Assembly: GCA_050174515.1 (NCBI GenBank)
Contig: JBFXJV010000001.1
Span: forward strand, 1 to 33,056
Reading direction: 5' to 3'
DNA: 33,056 nt
Origin: Methylocystis sp.
GTDB taxonomy: Bacteria > Pseudomonadota > Alphaproteobacteria > Rhizobiales > Beijerinckiaceae
Shown here: piece after piece, positions 1-9,266 of the stretch
How positions within the stretch are numbered: position 1 is the first letter of the stretch
Layout: each line of letters starts with the position of its first letter
Notes under the pieces: model-generated
Told to the model about the DNA's origin: nothing
The model's database searches: none
The model's input: only the letters and a program-made list of their open reading frames with translations
Program-made: the position numbers and the translations under genes

Positions 1-871
1 CTGCGGCGCGCCGGTCATCTCCAATCATCTGGAGAGCGAGACGCGATTCAAGACTCCAGAGATATTGCGGCGGCACGGCGTTCACCGCGCCATGAACGTG
101 ATCTTGCAGGGCGACAAACAACCTTTCGGCGTGTTGGAGGTCGACAGCCGCTCGCCGAACGCGTTCGTCGAGCAGGATATCGCTTTTTTGCAGGGCGCCG
201 CCAATATTCTCGGCATGGCGATCGAACGCGAGCGCGAAGAGCGCAAGCTCAGAGCGGCGCTTGCGCGCAACGAATCGCTGCTCAAGGAAATGAATCATCG
301 CGTGAAGAACAGCCTTGCGATCGTCGGCGGCATGCTCCGCCTGCAAGCCAATGACGCGGAAGACGAGCAGGCGGGCGATCTCCTCAATGAGGCGTCGCAT
401 CGCGTGGACGCCATCGCAAAGGCGCATGACCAACTGTCTCTTGGCTCCGACATCGAGCGCATGGACATCGGCAAATACATCGAAGCGCTGTGTCGTGATC
501 TGGATGATAGCGTCGCGCAGTGCGACGTGCGCACCGAGGTCGAAGAAGGCATTGTCATTGCGACCGATCGGGCCGTCGCGACCGCGCTGATCGTCAATGA
601 ACTCATCGCCAATGCAGCGAAATACGCTTATGAAAGCCAGTCGGGAATTATCCTGGTGAAAGTCACGCGTGTTGACGAAAAGATTTTTGCGGTGTCGGTA
701 CGTGACGAAGGCGCCGGAATGCCGGACGCCATCGACCCTCGCGACCGCAAGGGCCTCGGCATGCGGATCATTGGGTCGTTCACGCGCCAGCTCGATGCGG
801 CGATCGAGGTCAGAAAGCATGATCCAGGCACGGAGTTCATCGTGTCGATCCCGCTCCAGGCGCCCGCCTGA
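1..871 (+). CDS. GAF-domain sensor histidine kinase, HisKA_2 family (5'-partial)
   Basis: GAF C-terminal part (FGVLEVDS...LQGAANILGMAIER), H-box EMNHRVKNSL, N-box NELIANAAKY, G1 DEGAG and G2 GLGMRII. The frame appears open to the window start. Confidence 0.9.
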   Translation, partial: CGAPVISNHLESETRFKTPEILRRHGVHRAMNVILQGDKQPFGVLEVDSRSPNAFVEQDIAFLQGAANILGMAIEREREERKLRAALARNESLLKEMNHRVKNSLAIVGGMLRLQANDAEDEQAGDLLNEASHRVDAIAKAHDQLSLGSDIERMDIGKYIEALCRDLDDSVAQCDVRTEVEEGIVIATDRAVATALIVNELIANAAKYAYESQSGIILVKVTRVDEKIFAVSVRDEGAGMPDAIDPRDRKGLGMRIIGSFTRQLDAAIEVRKHDPGTEFIVSIPLQAPA

Positions 872-872
872 C

Positions 873-2063
873 ATGCACGCGTCCGTTTCAAACGCCTCGA
901 CGGCCTTTCGCAAGGATCGAAGTCGGCAGGCGAAGCGCGTCGGCGCAACCCCGACGATTGAGGAAGAAGTCCGCGCGCACGCCTTCGATCTTGGCTTCGA
1001 CGTCTGCCGCTTCGCGCCTGCGGAGACTGCGCCCACGCATGGGGAGCGGCTGCGCGCCTGGCTGCGTGACGGCGCGCATGGCGATATGAGCTGGATGCTC
1101 GAAACCGCCGAGCGCCGCTCGGCGCCGCGCGCACTCTGGCCGGAAGCGACAAGTCTCGTCTTGCTCGGCCTGAACTACGGGCCCGAGGGAGATCCGCTCG
1201 CTTCGCTCTCGAAGCCCGACCGCGCGACGATTTCAGTCTATGCCCGCAACCGCGATTATCACGACCTCATCAAGGGTCGGCTGAAACGGCTCGCCGGATT
1301 CATGCTGAAACGCGCCGGCGCGGGCGACGCCAAGGTCTTCGTCGACACGGCGCCCGTCATGGAAAAGCCGCTCGCCCAGACGGCCGGCGTCGGCTGGCAG
1401 GGCAAACATACGAATCTCGTTTCGCGCGATTTCGGCTCCTGGCTCTTCCTTGGCGCGATCTTCACCAATCTTCGTCTCGCCGCCGACCCGCCTGAATCCG
1501 ATCATTGCGGCTCGTGCCGCAAATGCCTCGATATTTGTCCGACGGCGGCGTTTCCGGCGCCCTACCAGCTCGATGCGCGCCGCTGCGTCTCCTATCTGAC
1601 GATCGAGCACAGGGGCCCCATTCCGCTCGAATTTCGTGAAAAGATCGGTAATCGCATCTATGGTTGCGATGATTGTCTCGCGGTCTGCCCCTGGAACAAA
1701 TACGCTAGCGCCGGACGGGAAGCCAAGCTCGCCGCGCGCCCCGAAACTCAGTCCCCGCCCCTGGCGCAACTATCGAAGCTCGACGATGCGGCATTTCGGA
1801 TGGCCTTCGCCGGATCGCCGGTGAAACGCATCGGACGCGACCGCTTCATGCGCAATGTTCTGATTGCGATTGGCAATTCCGGTCGTCCGGAGCTTGCCGC
1901 GGAGGCCGAGCGGATGGTTGACGATGGCGCTCCGATCGTTCGGGGAGCCGCCGTCTGGGCGCTCGGCAGACTGGCGCCGGCGCGGCTGGTCGAGCTGCGT
2001 CGACAAAGACTGGCGGCCGAACCGGACGAGACCGTTCGTAGGGAGTGGCGCCAGGCCGCTTAA
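873..2063 (+). CDS. queG: tRNA epoxyqueuosine(34) reductase
   Basis: YARNRDYH, VDTAPVMEKPLA, two 4Fe-4S motifs (CGSCRKCLDICP and GCDDCLAVCPWN) and a C-terminal HEAT-like repeat. Start placed at ATG 873, just after the kinase stop; the true start may be slightly later. Confidence 0.93.
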   Translation: MHASVSNASTAFRKDRSRQAKRVGATPTIEEEVRAHAFDLGFDVCRFAPAETAPTHGERLRAWLRDGAHGDMSWMLETAERRSAPRALWPEATSLVLLGLNYGPEGDPLASLSKPDRATISVYARNRDYHDLIKGRLKRLAGFMLKRAGAGDAKVFVDTAPVMEKPLAQTAGVGWQGKHTNLVSRDFGSWLFLGAIFTNLRLAADPPESDHCGSCRKCLDICPTAAFPAPYQLDARRCVSYLTIEHRGPIPLEFREKIGNRIYGCDDCLAVCPWNKYASAGREAKLAARPETQSPPLAQLSKLDDAAFRMAFAGSPVKRIGRDRFMRNVLIAIGNSGRPELAAEAERMVDDGAPIVRGAAVWALGRLAPARLVELRRQRLAAEPDETVRREWRQAA

Positions 2064-2240
2064 ATCCCGCCGCTTTTTGGCGATTCAGTGCAAAGCGCGG
2101 CGCGTTCCGGAGAATAGCAAAAGCGCCACAGTCGCCGAAAAATTGCGCCCTTTCCCAGATTTACTGCGTTGCGGCGGACTACTCGGCGGCCGTTTCGTTC
2201 TAATCTTTCACTAAGACCCCTGGCTCAACCGAATCTCGCA

Positions 2241-3470
2241 ATGTCCGTCCTTTCGCGCCGCAATACTGACGAACCTGCAGAAGAGGCCGCCCGCCTGCTT
2301 CTGCGGATTGGCGTATTTCTGCTGTTCGTGGTCTCGCTCATCGCGCCGATTTTGGCGCGCCAGACGGTCTATGTTCTGCTGCCGATCGGAGCGGCGCTGC
2401 TCCTCGCTTCAGCGACGCTGACGCCGGATGAAGGTTCAGCGCGATCGATGCGCGCGATCCTGCTCTCGCCCCCGTTCCTCGCCGCCCTGCTGCTCGCCGT
2501 CTGGACGGCGCTTTCACTGCTCTGGACGCCCTTTGAAGGACCGGCGGAACGCTTCGCCAAAATTGCGGCGACGCTTGCGCTCGTCGCGCTGGCGACAGGA
2601 TTTCTTCCCTTGCGCACGAAGACCTCCAACCTCAATCTCCTGCCGATCGGCGTCGCGGCGGCGACGATCGCGCTCGCCGCGGTCACCTTGCTGCTGAAGC
2701 CGCAATATACGCTCGACGACATTCTCGACGTCGGGCCGCTCGGCCGCGCCGGACTTGGCCTGTCCTTGCTGGTGTGGCCGGCGATGGGCGCGCTCGCCGT
2801 ACGCGACCGATGGTATTGGGCGGCGGCGCTTGCCGTCGCGACGGCGCTGGCCTGTTATCTGTCGCGCGCCCCGAATGCGATGCCGGCGCTCGCCGCAGGC
2901 GCGGCGGTCTTTGTCGCTTCCTTCGGCCGCGCGCAAGCGATGGCCGCCGTTATCGCGGCGCTCATGACGGCGATCGTGCTGCTCGCGCCGCTCGTCGCCT
3001 ATGCGGCGCACGTCCTCTGGCCCGAAGATCCGCCAGCCTTCTTCAAACATCTCGCCTTCTGGGGCCAGATGATCGCCACCGACGGCTGGCGCACGGCGAT
3101 CGGACACGGGTTTGGCGCGGCGACCTGGGGCGTGCTCGGCGGCTATCTGACGCCGGCCACGCCGCGCAGCCTCGTCTTCAAGATTTGGTTCGATCTCGGC
3201 GCTCTCGGCGCAGCGGCGGCGGCGCTTGTCGCCGCCCGCGCCAGCCTGTTCGTCGGCCAATCGCGTCCGGCGCTTGCGCCCTTTCTTCTGGGTGGAATCG
3301 GCGCGGGTTTCGCCATTTGCCTGTTCGGCCCCGCGGCCGAGCAGCTGTGGTGGCTGACGCTTGCCGGACTAGACGCCATCGCCTACGCCCTGGTCATGCG
3401 CGGCCAGTTCCGAAAGCGCCCGCCGCGCCTGCCCGCTGGCTTGGGCGCGCCGGCCGAGGACGGCGCATAG
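2241..3470 (+). CDS. Polytopic inner-membrane protein, O-antigen ligase/Wzy-like
   Basis: About 11-12 hydrophobic segments, a GHGFG motif followed by WFDLGALG as in O-antigen-ligase-like proteins. Family assignment is tentative. Confidence 0.6.
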   Translation: MSVLSRRNTDEPAEEAARLLLRIGVFLLFVVSLIAPILARQTVYVLLPIGAALLLASATLTPDEGSARSMRAILLSPPFLAALLLAVWTALSLLWTPFEGPAERFAKIAATLALVALATGFLPLRTKTSNLNLLPIGVAAATIALAAVTLLLKPQYTLDDILDVGPLGRAGLGLSLLVWPAMGALAVRDRWYWAAALAVATALACYLSRAPNAMPALAAGAAVFVASFGRAQAMAAVIAALMTAIVLLAPLVAYAAHVLWPEDPPAFFKHLAFWGQMIATDGWRTAIGHGFGAATWGVLGGYLTPATPRSLVFKIWFDLGALGAAAAALVAARASLFVGQSRPALAPFLLGGIGAGFAICLFGPAAEQLWWLTLAGLDAIAYALVMRGQFRKRPPRLPAGLGAPAEDGA

Positions 3471-3472
3471 CC

Positions 3473-4477
3473 GTGGCGCTGTCTCTGACTCTTATCGACA
3501 ATGTCGAATCGATCGGACTCGGCGAACCCGTCGCGGCGGCGGCGTTCCTCGGCGGCGCGCCGGTCTTCGCGCTCGCCGACGGCACGCTCCATTTCGGCGA
3601 CGGCGTGGAGGGACGGCGGATTCCCGTCCATGAGGACGCCGCCATTCTCGTCGCGGCGCGGGACGGCGACCGGCTCGTCACCGGCGGGGACGACGGCCGC
3701 GTCTGCGCGACAAACGCCGATGGCGGCGTCGACGTCATCGGCGACGAAAAGGGCAAATGGATCGACGCCGTCGCCGCGCATGGCGGCGCCGTCGCCTGGA
3801 CTACGGGAAGAACGGCGCGGGCGCGCTCGGTCAAGGGCGAAGCGAAGTCGCTCGATCTGCCGTCGACCTCGCGCGGCCTCGCCTTCTTTCCCAAGGGCTA
3901 TCGGCTGGCGATCGCCCACTACGGCGGCGCGACGTTGTGGTTTCCGAACGCCGGCAAGCCGGAAACGCTTGCCTGGGCGGGCTCGCATCTCGACGCCACC
4001 ATCTCTCCCGACGGGCGCTTTCTCGTCACCTCGATGCAGGAGAACGCCTTGCATGGATGGCGCATCGCCGACGGCAAGCACATGCGCATGGCCGGCTATC
4101 CCGGAAAAACGCGCAGCCTCTCCTGGTCGCATGACGGCAAATGGCTGGCGACGTCAGGCGCGGACGCCTGCATCGTCTGGCCCTTTTCCGGCAAGGATGG
4201 GCCGATGGGCCAGGCGCCGCGCGAATGTGGGGTCCGCGAGGCGATCGTGACGCGCGTCGCCTTTCATCCCGCCGCTCTGGTCGTCGCGATCGGCTATGAG
4301 GACGGCCTCATCATGCTGACCCGGCTGACGGACGGATCTGAAATTTTGGTCCGCCATCCGGCGCAGGATCAAGATCGCGCCCGGATCAGCGCGCTGGCCT
4401 GGGACGAAAAGGGCGCGCGCCTCGCCTTCGGCGCGGACAATGGCGACGCCGGCGTATTGACGTTGCCGAAGGGGTGA
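3473..4477 (+). CDS. WD40-repeat beta-propeller protein
   Basis: Repeats such as LVTGGDDGRV, ISPDGRFLVTS, WSHDGKWLATSG and ISALAWD. GTG at 3473 follows the previous stop; the longer ORF from 2774 is an overlap extension. Confidence 0.85.
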   Translation: MALSLTLIDNVESIGLGEPVAAAAFLGGAPVFALADGTLHFGDGVEGRRIPVHEDAAILVAARDGDRLVTGGDDGRVCATNADGGVDVIGDEKGKWIDAVAAHGGAVAWTTGRTARARSVKGEAKSLDLPSTSRGLAFFPKGYRLAIAHYGGATLWFPNAGKPETLAWAGSHLDATISPDGRFLVTSMQENALHGWRIADGKHMRMAGYPGKTRSLSWSHDGKWLATSGADACIVWPFSGKDGPMGQAPRECGVREAIVTRVAFHPAALVVAIGYEDGLIMLTRLTDGSEILVRHPAQDQDRARISALAWDEKGARLAFGADNGDAGVLTLPKG

Positions 4478-4515
4478 GCGGCGCGCCTGCCGCGCGCCTG
4501 TGCTATGCTGCGTTG

Positions 4516-4812
4516 ATGAACGCGCAACAGATCATCGCCGTCCTCCGAGAGAACGAACCTGCCCTGCGGGCGCGCGGCGTCGCGCATGCGGCGCTGTTCG
4601 GCTCTCACGCGCGCGGCGAGGCGCGGCCGGACAGCGACATCGACATTATGATCGAGATCGCGCCGGACGCGGTGCGCGACATTTATTCATACGTTGGACT
4701 GAAAGACTTCATCGCGGAGCTCTTCAGCGGGCCAGTAGATGTCGTTAATCGCGAGTTCTTAAAGCCATATGTCCGCCCCGCAGCGGACACTGACGCTATT
4801 CATGCCTTCTAG
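4516..4812 (+). CDS. Minimal nucleotidyltransferase (MNT), antitoxin of an MNT-HEPN pair
   Basis: GS-X10-DXD motif (GSHARGEARPDSDID), about 98 aa, overlaps the downstream DUF86 gene. Confidence 0.9.
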   Translation: MNAQQIIAVLRENEPALRARGVAHAALFGSHARGEARPDSDIDIMIEIAPDAVRDIYSYVGLKDFIAELFSGPVDVVNREFLKPYVRPAADTDAIHAF

Positions 4813-5155
4813 CGCATCTGATCCCCATCGCCGGCTTATCGACATTCGCGACAACATTCGCCTCGCCAACGGATTTGTTGAAGGTCTCACTTACGAAGCC
4901 TTTCGCGATAATATGCTTGTGTTTTATGGGGTAACGCGATGTCTTGAGATTATTTCAGAAGCTTCGAAACACCTGCCGGCAGGACTGAAAGAACGACACT
5001 CCCAGATTCACTGGTCCGCCATCGCAGGCGCGGGCAATGTTTATTGTCATGATTATGAAGCTGTTGAGCAATTGCTGATCTGGGGAACCGTTCACGAACG
5101 CCTTCCCGAGTTACTTGCGGTGGTTGAGCAGGAACTCGCAGGGTCAAGCGAATAG
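4802..5155 (+). CDS. DUF86/HepT-like HEPN ribonuclease toxin
   Basis: LEIISEASKHLP...WSAIAGAGNVYCHDY is typical of DUF86. It overlaps the MNT gene and has lower GC than its flanks. Confidence 0.85.
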   Translation: MPSSASDPHRRLIDIRDNIRLANGFVEGLTYEAFRDNMLVFYGVTRCLEIISEASKHLPAGLKERHSQIHWSAIAGAGNVYCHDYEAVEQLLIWGTVHERLPELLAVVEQELAGSSE

Positions 5156-5158
5156 GCC

Positions 5159-5965
5159 ATGTCCGCCAAAATCCCCCGCCTCCTCTCCATCGCCGGCTCC
5201 GATCCATCGGGCGGCGCGGGCGTGCAGGCCGATCTGAAGACGTTTTCCGCCTTCGGCTGCTACGGCATGACGGCGATTACGGCGCTCATAGCTCAGAATA
5301 CGCGAGGCGTTACCGGCGCCTATCCTGTCGCGCCGGAGATTGTCGCCGCGCAGATTGAAGCTGTGATCTCCGATATCAAGCCAGACGCGATCAAGATCGG
5401 CATGCTGGCGACGCCGGATATTGCACGCGCCGTCGCCGATGCTCTGGCGCGCTATGGCGCGCGCAACGTCGTGCTCGATCCGGTGCTCGTTCCCACCCAT
5501 GGCGTCAGTCTCGCCACGGCCGGGCTGGAGGCGACTCTGGTCGCGAGTCTCCTTCCCCTTGCGCGCCTCGCGACGCCCAATCTTTACGAGGCAAGCGCGC
5601 TCACGCAAACGCCGCTCGCAAGCAGCGCCGATGAGATGGCGGCGCAGGCGCGTCGTCTCTGCGACGCCGGCGCGCGGGCCGTGCTGGTCACAGGCGGCGA
5701 TCTTGCGGGCGAACCTGTCGACGTTCTCTTCGAGACAGGAGAGCGGCGCATCTTTCGCGGCCGGCGTATCGCCACGCGCAACACGCATGGAACCGGATGC
5801 GCGCTTTCTTCGGCGATCGCCTGCGAACTCGCCAAAGGCGCGCCGCTCATCGACGCGATCGCTACGGCGAAAGCCTGGCTCGAAGGCGCGCTCGATGCGG
5901 CGGATTCGCTGCGCCTCAGCGAAGGCCGCGGCCCGCCGCATCATTTTTATGCGCTGTGGCGATGA
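5159..5965 (+). CDS. thiD: Hydroxymethylpyrimidine/phosphomethylpyrimidine kinase
   Basis: IAGSDPSGGAGVQADLKT, KIGML, VLDPV, TPNLYEA and THGTGC motifs. Confidence 0.95.
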   Translation: MSAKIPRLLSIAGSDPSGGAGVQADLKTFSAFGCYGMTAITALIAQNTRGVTGAYPVAPEIVAAQIEAVISDIKPDAIKIGMLATPDIARAVADALARYGARNVVLDPVLVPTHGVSLATAGLEATLVASLLPLARLATPNLYEASALTQTPLASSADEMAAQARRLCDAGARAVLVTGGDLAGEPVDVLFETGERRIFRGRRIATRNTHGTGCALSSAIACELAKGAPLIDAIATAKAWLEGALDAADSLRLSEGRGPPHHFYALWR

Positions 5966-5974
5966 CCGCCTCCA

Positions 5975-6424
5975 TCACCCTGACAGCGCCGCCTTCGCCG
6001 CCGCGCTCGCCTTGGCGAAATCCATGCGGCCGGCATATTTCGCCTTGAGCGCGGCGACGACCTTGCCCATGTCCTTGATCGAGGTCGCTCCAACGTCCGC
6101 GATCGCCGCCTTCACCGCCTCGGCGACCTCGGCCTCCGAGAGCTGCTGCGGCAGATAGGCGGAAATGACCGCGATCTCGCCCTTCTCCTTGTCGGCGAGA
6201 TCGGTGCGCCCGGCCTTTTCATAAATATCGAGGGACTCCTGCCGGCTCTTGATCATTTTCTGCAACAGCGCCAGCACATCGTCTTCTCCGAGCGTTTTGC
6301 CCGTCCCGCGCGCCTCGATGTCCTTGTCCTTGAGCGCGGCGTTGATCAGCCGCAGCGCGTCGACCTTGGCGCGCTCGCCCGCCTTCATCGCCACCTTGAG
6401 GTCCGCCGCAATCTTCTCGCGCAT
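5975..6424 (-). CDS. GatB/YqeY domain protein
   Basis: DLKVAMKA...KMIKSRQES...YLPQQLS...KDMGKVV. Divergent from carA, as is usual in alphaproteobacteria. Confidence 0.92.
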   Translation of the reverse strand: MREKIAADLKVAMKAGERAKVDALRLINAALKDKDIEARGTGKTLGEDDVLALLQKMIKSRQESLDIYEKAGRTDLADKEKGEIAVISAYLPQQLSEAEVAEAVKAAIADVGATSIKDMGKVVAALKAKYAGRMDFAKASAAAKAALSG

Positions 6425-6561
6425 GTTGTGTCCTTGGGGTTCCTTTTTCGAGCCGAAATCGTCTAAGTATCGGCATCAATCGACGCCGCGCGCTCTCACC
6501 CTCCCCTCAAGGGGGAGGTAAGCGCGCCTCGGCGACATAAGCGACCGGGCATAGAACGGAC

Positions 6562-7752
6562 ATGACCCTCGATCAAGACAATGGCTGGAAGAAACCGATC
6601 CACACCGGCGCGCTCATTCTCGCCAGCGGCGAGGTGATCGAAGGTTACGGACTGGGCGCCGCGGGCGAAGCGGTGGGCGAAGTCTGCTTCAACACGGCCA
6701 TGACCGGCTATCAGGAAATTCTCACCGACCCGTCCTATGCCGCCCAGATCGTCACCTTCACCTTTCCCCACATCGGCAATGTCGGGACGAATGAAGAGGA
6801 CGTCGAAACCGTCGATCTCGACAACAGCGCCGGCGCCGTCGGCACCATATTCGGCGCGCCTTCGACGGACCCTTCGAATTTCCGAGCCGAGAAGCCGCTT
6901 GCCGACTGGCTCGCTTCGCGCGGAATTGTGGGGCTTTGCGGCATCGACACGCGCGCGCTGACGACGCTCATTCGCGAACGCGGCATGCAGAACGCGGTCA
7001 TCGCCTATGCGCCCGACGGGTGCTTCGACATCGAGGCGCTCAAAGCCAAGGCTACGCGCTGGCCGGGCATCGACGGCATGGACCTCGTGCCGAGCGTCGG
7101 CTCAAAGCATCGCTACGACTGGCGCGAGACCACCTGGCGGCTCGGCGGCGGCTATGGCGTGCGCGACGGCGCGCCTAAATATCGCGTCGTCGCCATCGAC
7201 TATGGCGTCAAGCGCAACATCCTGCGCCTTCTGGCCGAGCAGGATTGCGAGGTGATCGTCGCCCCCGCAACCGCGACGAGCGGAGAAATCCTGGCGCTGA
7301 AACCCGACGGCGTGTTTCTCTCGAACGGCCCCGGCGATCCGGCCGAGACCGGCAGATACGCCGCGCCGGTCATACGCGATCTGCTCATGGCGAAAATCCC
7401 GACCTTCGGCATTTGCCTCGGCCATCAGATGATGGCGCTCGCCGTCGGCGCGAAGACGAAAAAAATGCCGCAGGGCCATCACGGCGCCAATCATCCGGTC
7501 AAGGATTTCACCACCGGCAAGGTCGAGATCGTCTCGATGAATCACGGCTTCGCGGTCGATCGCGACAGCCTGCCGCAAAACGCCGTCGAGACTCATCGCT
7601 CGCTCTTTGACGGCTCGAACTGCGGCATAGCGCTCACCGATCGGCCGGCGTTTTCCGTGCAGCATCACCCCGAAGCCTCGCCCGGCCCGCAGGACAGCCA
7701 TTATCTCTTCAAGCGTTTTGTGGAGATGATGGAGAAGGCGAAGGCGGCCTAA
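6562..7752 (+). CDS. carA: Carbamoyl-phosphate synthase small subunit
   Basis: FNTAMTGYQEILTDPSY, LSNGPGDP, GICLGHQ and QHHPEASPGP. Confidence 0.97.
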   Translation: MTLDQDNGWKKPIHTGALILASGEVIEGYGLGAAGEAVGEVCFNTAMTGYQEILTDPSYAAQIVTFTFPHIGNVGTNEEDVETVDLDNSAGAVGTIFGAPSTDPSNFRAEKPLADWLASRGIVGLCGIDTRALTTLIRERGMQNAVIAYAPDGCFDIEALKAKATRWPGIDGMDLVPSVGSKHRYDWRETTWRLGGGYGVRDGAPKYRVVAIDYGVKRNILRLLAEQDCEVIVAPATATSGEILALKPDGVFLSNGPGDPAETGRYAAPVIRDLLMAKIPTFGICLGHQMMALAVGAKTKKMPQGHHGANHPVKDFTTGKVEIVSMNHGFAVDRDSLPQNAVETHRSLFDGSNCGIALTDRPAFSVQHHPEASPGPQDSHYLFKRFVEMMEKAKAA

Positions 7753-8387
7753 CGGTCGCTACCCGTCGCCGACTCGGCTCGATTAGCGAATTTCTCGCAA
7801 GGCGGCACGAGTTCATCGAGCGACTTTTCCTTTGTCGGCGCCTCTCGCATATCCAGATCCTTGAGCACCGTGAGATAGGCGCCGGAGGGCTGCGTGCGCA
7901 GATAGGTCGTCGTCAGCAGCGGACCTTCGGGGAAGTCGCCGCGCCGGCAGGCGTCGGCGCCGACGCCAAAGGAGCCATGCGTCTTACCCGGGTTGCGCGC
8001 CTTCTCTTCGAGAAACTCCTTCTGCCTTGCGCGGATCGCCGCATAGTCGGCCGGATTCACGCGATAGGCGAAAATGCGCGTCCCGTGCTTCTTTTCGCCG
8101 GCAAGTGGCGCGACGTCCTCGGACGCGGTCGTCTCCTTGAGCGCGAAGGTCGCCTCATGCTTCGCCTTCTCTTCGCCATCGCGCCACCAGCCGATTTTCA
8201 ACGTCACGCCGCCTCTCTGCGGCTCGAAACTTTCAGGCAGGCGCACCGCAGCGCGCAGCGCGGACGGATCGACCGTAGCAGCGTCGAAATTGCGTAGCGC
8301 CCACATGGTCGAAACCGGCACATGGCTGCAGGCGGCAAGCGCCATGGCCAGCGCCATGGCGGACAGACGAGAGAGAACGGGCGACAT
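7749..8387 (-). CDS. Hypothetical lipoprotein
   Basis: Signal peptide with lipobox LAAC, GAGG RBS before ATG 8387 (alternative start 8399), 4-bp convergent overlap with carA. Confidence 0.75.
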   Translation of the reverse strand: MSPVLSRLSAMALAMALAACSHVPVSTMWALRNFDAATVDPSALRAAVRLPESFEPQRGGVTLKIGWWRDGEEKAKHEATFALKETTASEDVAPLAGEKKHGTRIFAYRVNPADYAAIRARQKEFLEEKARNPGKTHGSFGVGADACRRGDFPEGPLLTTTYLRTQPSGAYLTVLKDLDMREAPTKEKSLDELVPPCEKFANRAESATGSDR

Positions 8388-8415
8388 GGAATGCCTCATG
8401 TTTAACTAATAGTGC

Positions 8416-8432
8416 TTAATGTTTGACATTAA
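8416..8432. promoter_or_regulatory. Palindromic operator overlapping a TTGACA -35 box
   Basis: TTAATGT-TTG-ACATTAA (7-3-7 inverted repeat) in the AT-rich gap between divergent genes. A second TTGACA lies on the minus strand at 8443-8448. Confidence 0.6.
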
Positions 8433-8472
8433 ACTTTTCTCGTGTCAACGTAAGCGATACAAGGAGACCGCC

Positions 8473-9042
8473 ATGACCGACTTCCCAGCCCTTTCCTTTG
8501 ACGACCGCCGCCTCGACTCGCTCCGTCGCCGCATCGGATGGCTATGCCAGACGCTGCGCGTCGCGCTCGTCGCCTATTGCCTCTGGACGCTCGTCACCAT
8601 CGCGATGTTCTGGCGCGACGAGACTCGGGTCGTCTCGCGATTTGCAGCGCTCAAGGTCGACGTTGAAGGCCTATCCGCCTTTCAACGCCTCGCCGCCTTC
8701 GGCCTCAGCTTCATAATCTGGTCGTTGCTCGTCGCCGCCTGCTACGCCGGCTGGCGACTGTTCTCGGGCTATCTTGAGGGGCGCATTTTCACGCCCGATG
8801 CCGCTGGATGGTTGCGCTCGCTTGCGCTGATGGGCCTCATCGCCGCGCTCGTCGATATCGCCGCGCGGCCGATCACGTCGCTGATCCTTACGGCTCATAA
8901 GGGGCTGGGCGCGCACATGGTGACCGTCTATTTTCGGCCAGAAGATCTTTCGACCGTCATGCTGCTCGCGACGCTCCTTGCGCTTGCCCACATCCAGAAA
9001 ACGGCGGCCGACATCGCCGATGAAAACGCGCAGATCGTCTGA
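8473..9042 (+). CDS. DUF2975 membrane protein
   Basis: Four TM segments, a GRIFT motif and the C-terminal ADENAQIV. AAGGAG RBS; coupled to the downstream HTH gene via TGATG. Confidence 0.85.
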   Translation: MTDFPALSFDDRRLDSLRRRIGWLCQTLRVALVAYCLWTLVTIAMFWRDETRVVSRFAALKVDVEGLSAFQRLAAFGLSFIIWSLLVAACYAGWRLFSGYLEGRIFTPDAAGWLRSLALMGLIAALVDIAARPITSLILTAHKGLGAHMVTVYFRPEDLSTVMLLATLLALAHIQKTAADIADENAQIV

Positions 9043-9260
9043 TGCCGATCATCGTCAACCTCGACGTGATGCTGGCGAAGCGCAAAATGCGCTCGCGCGA
9101 TCTCGCCGCGCAAATTGGCATCGCCGAGCAGAATGTGAGTCTTCTGAAATCCGGCAAGGTGAAGGGCGTGCGCTTCGACACGCTCGAAAAAATCTGCGAA
9201 ATTCTCCAATGTCAGCCGGGCGATATTCTCGAATATCGGCCGGACGAGAAATCCGCGTGA
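9042..9260 (+). CDS. Cro/C1-type HTH regulator, YozG family
   Basis: MPIIVNLDVMLAKRKM...LKSGKVKGVRFDTLEKIC...CQPGDILEY. Confidence 0.93.
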   Translation: MPIIVNLDVMLAKRKMRSRDLAAQIGIAEQNVSLLKSGKVKGVRFDTLEKICEILQCQPGDILEYRPDEKSA

Positions 9261-9266
9261 CAGGGC

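Noticed and set aside
2774-3472. N-terminal extension of the WD40 ORF to 567 aa
   Set aside because: It is Arg-rich off-frame sequence overlapping the membrane-protein gene, and a good GTG start exists at 3473.
6498-6519. CCTCCCC-TCAA-GGGGGGAGG hairpin between yqeY and carA
   Set aside because: It looks like a fragment of a common alphaproteobacterial intergenic palindrome, is single copy here, and has no U-tract.
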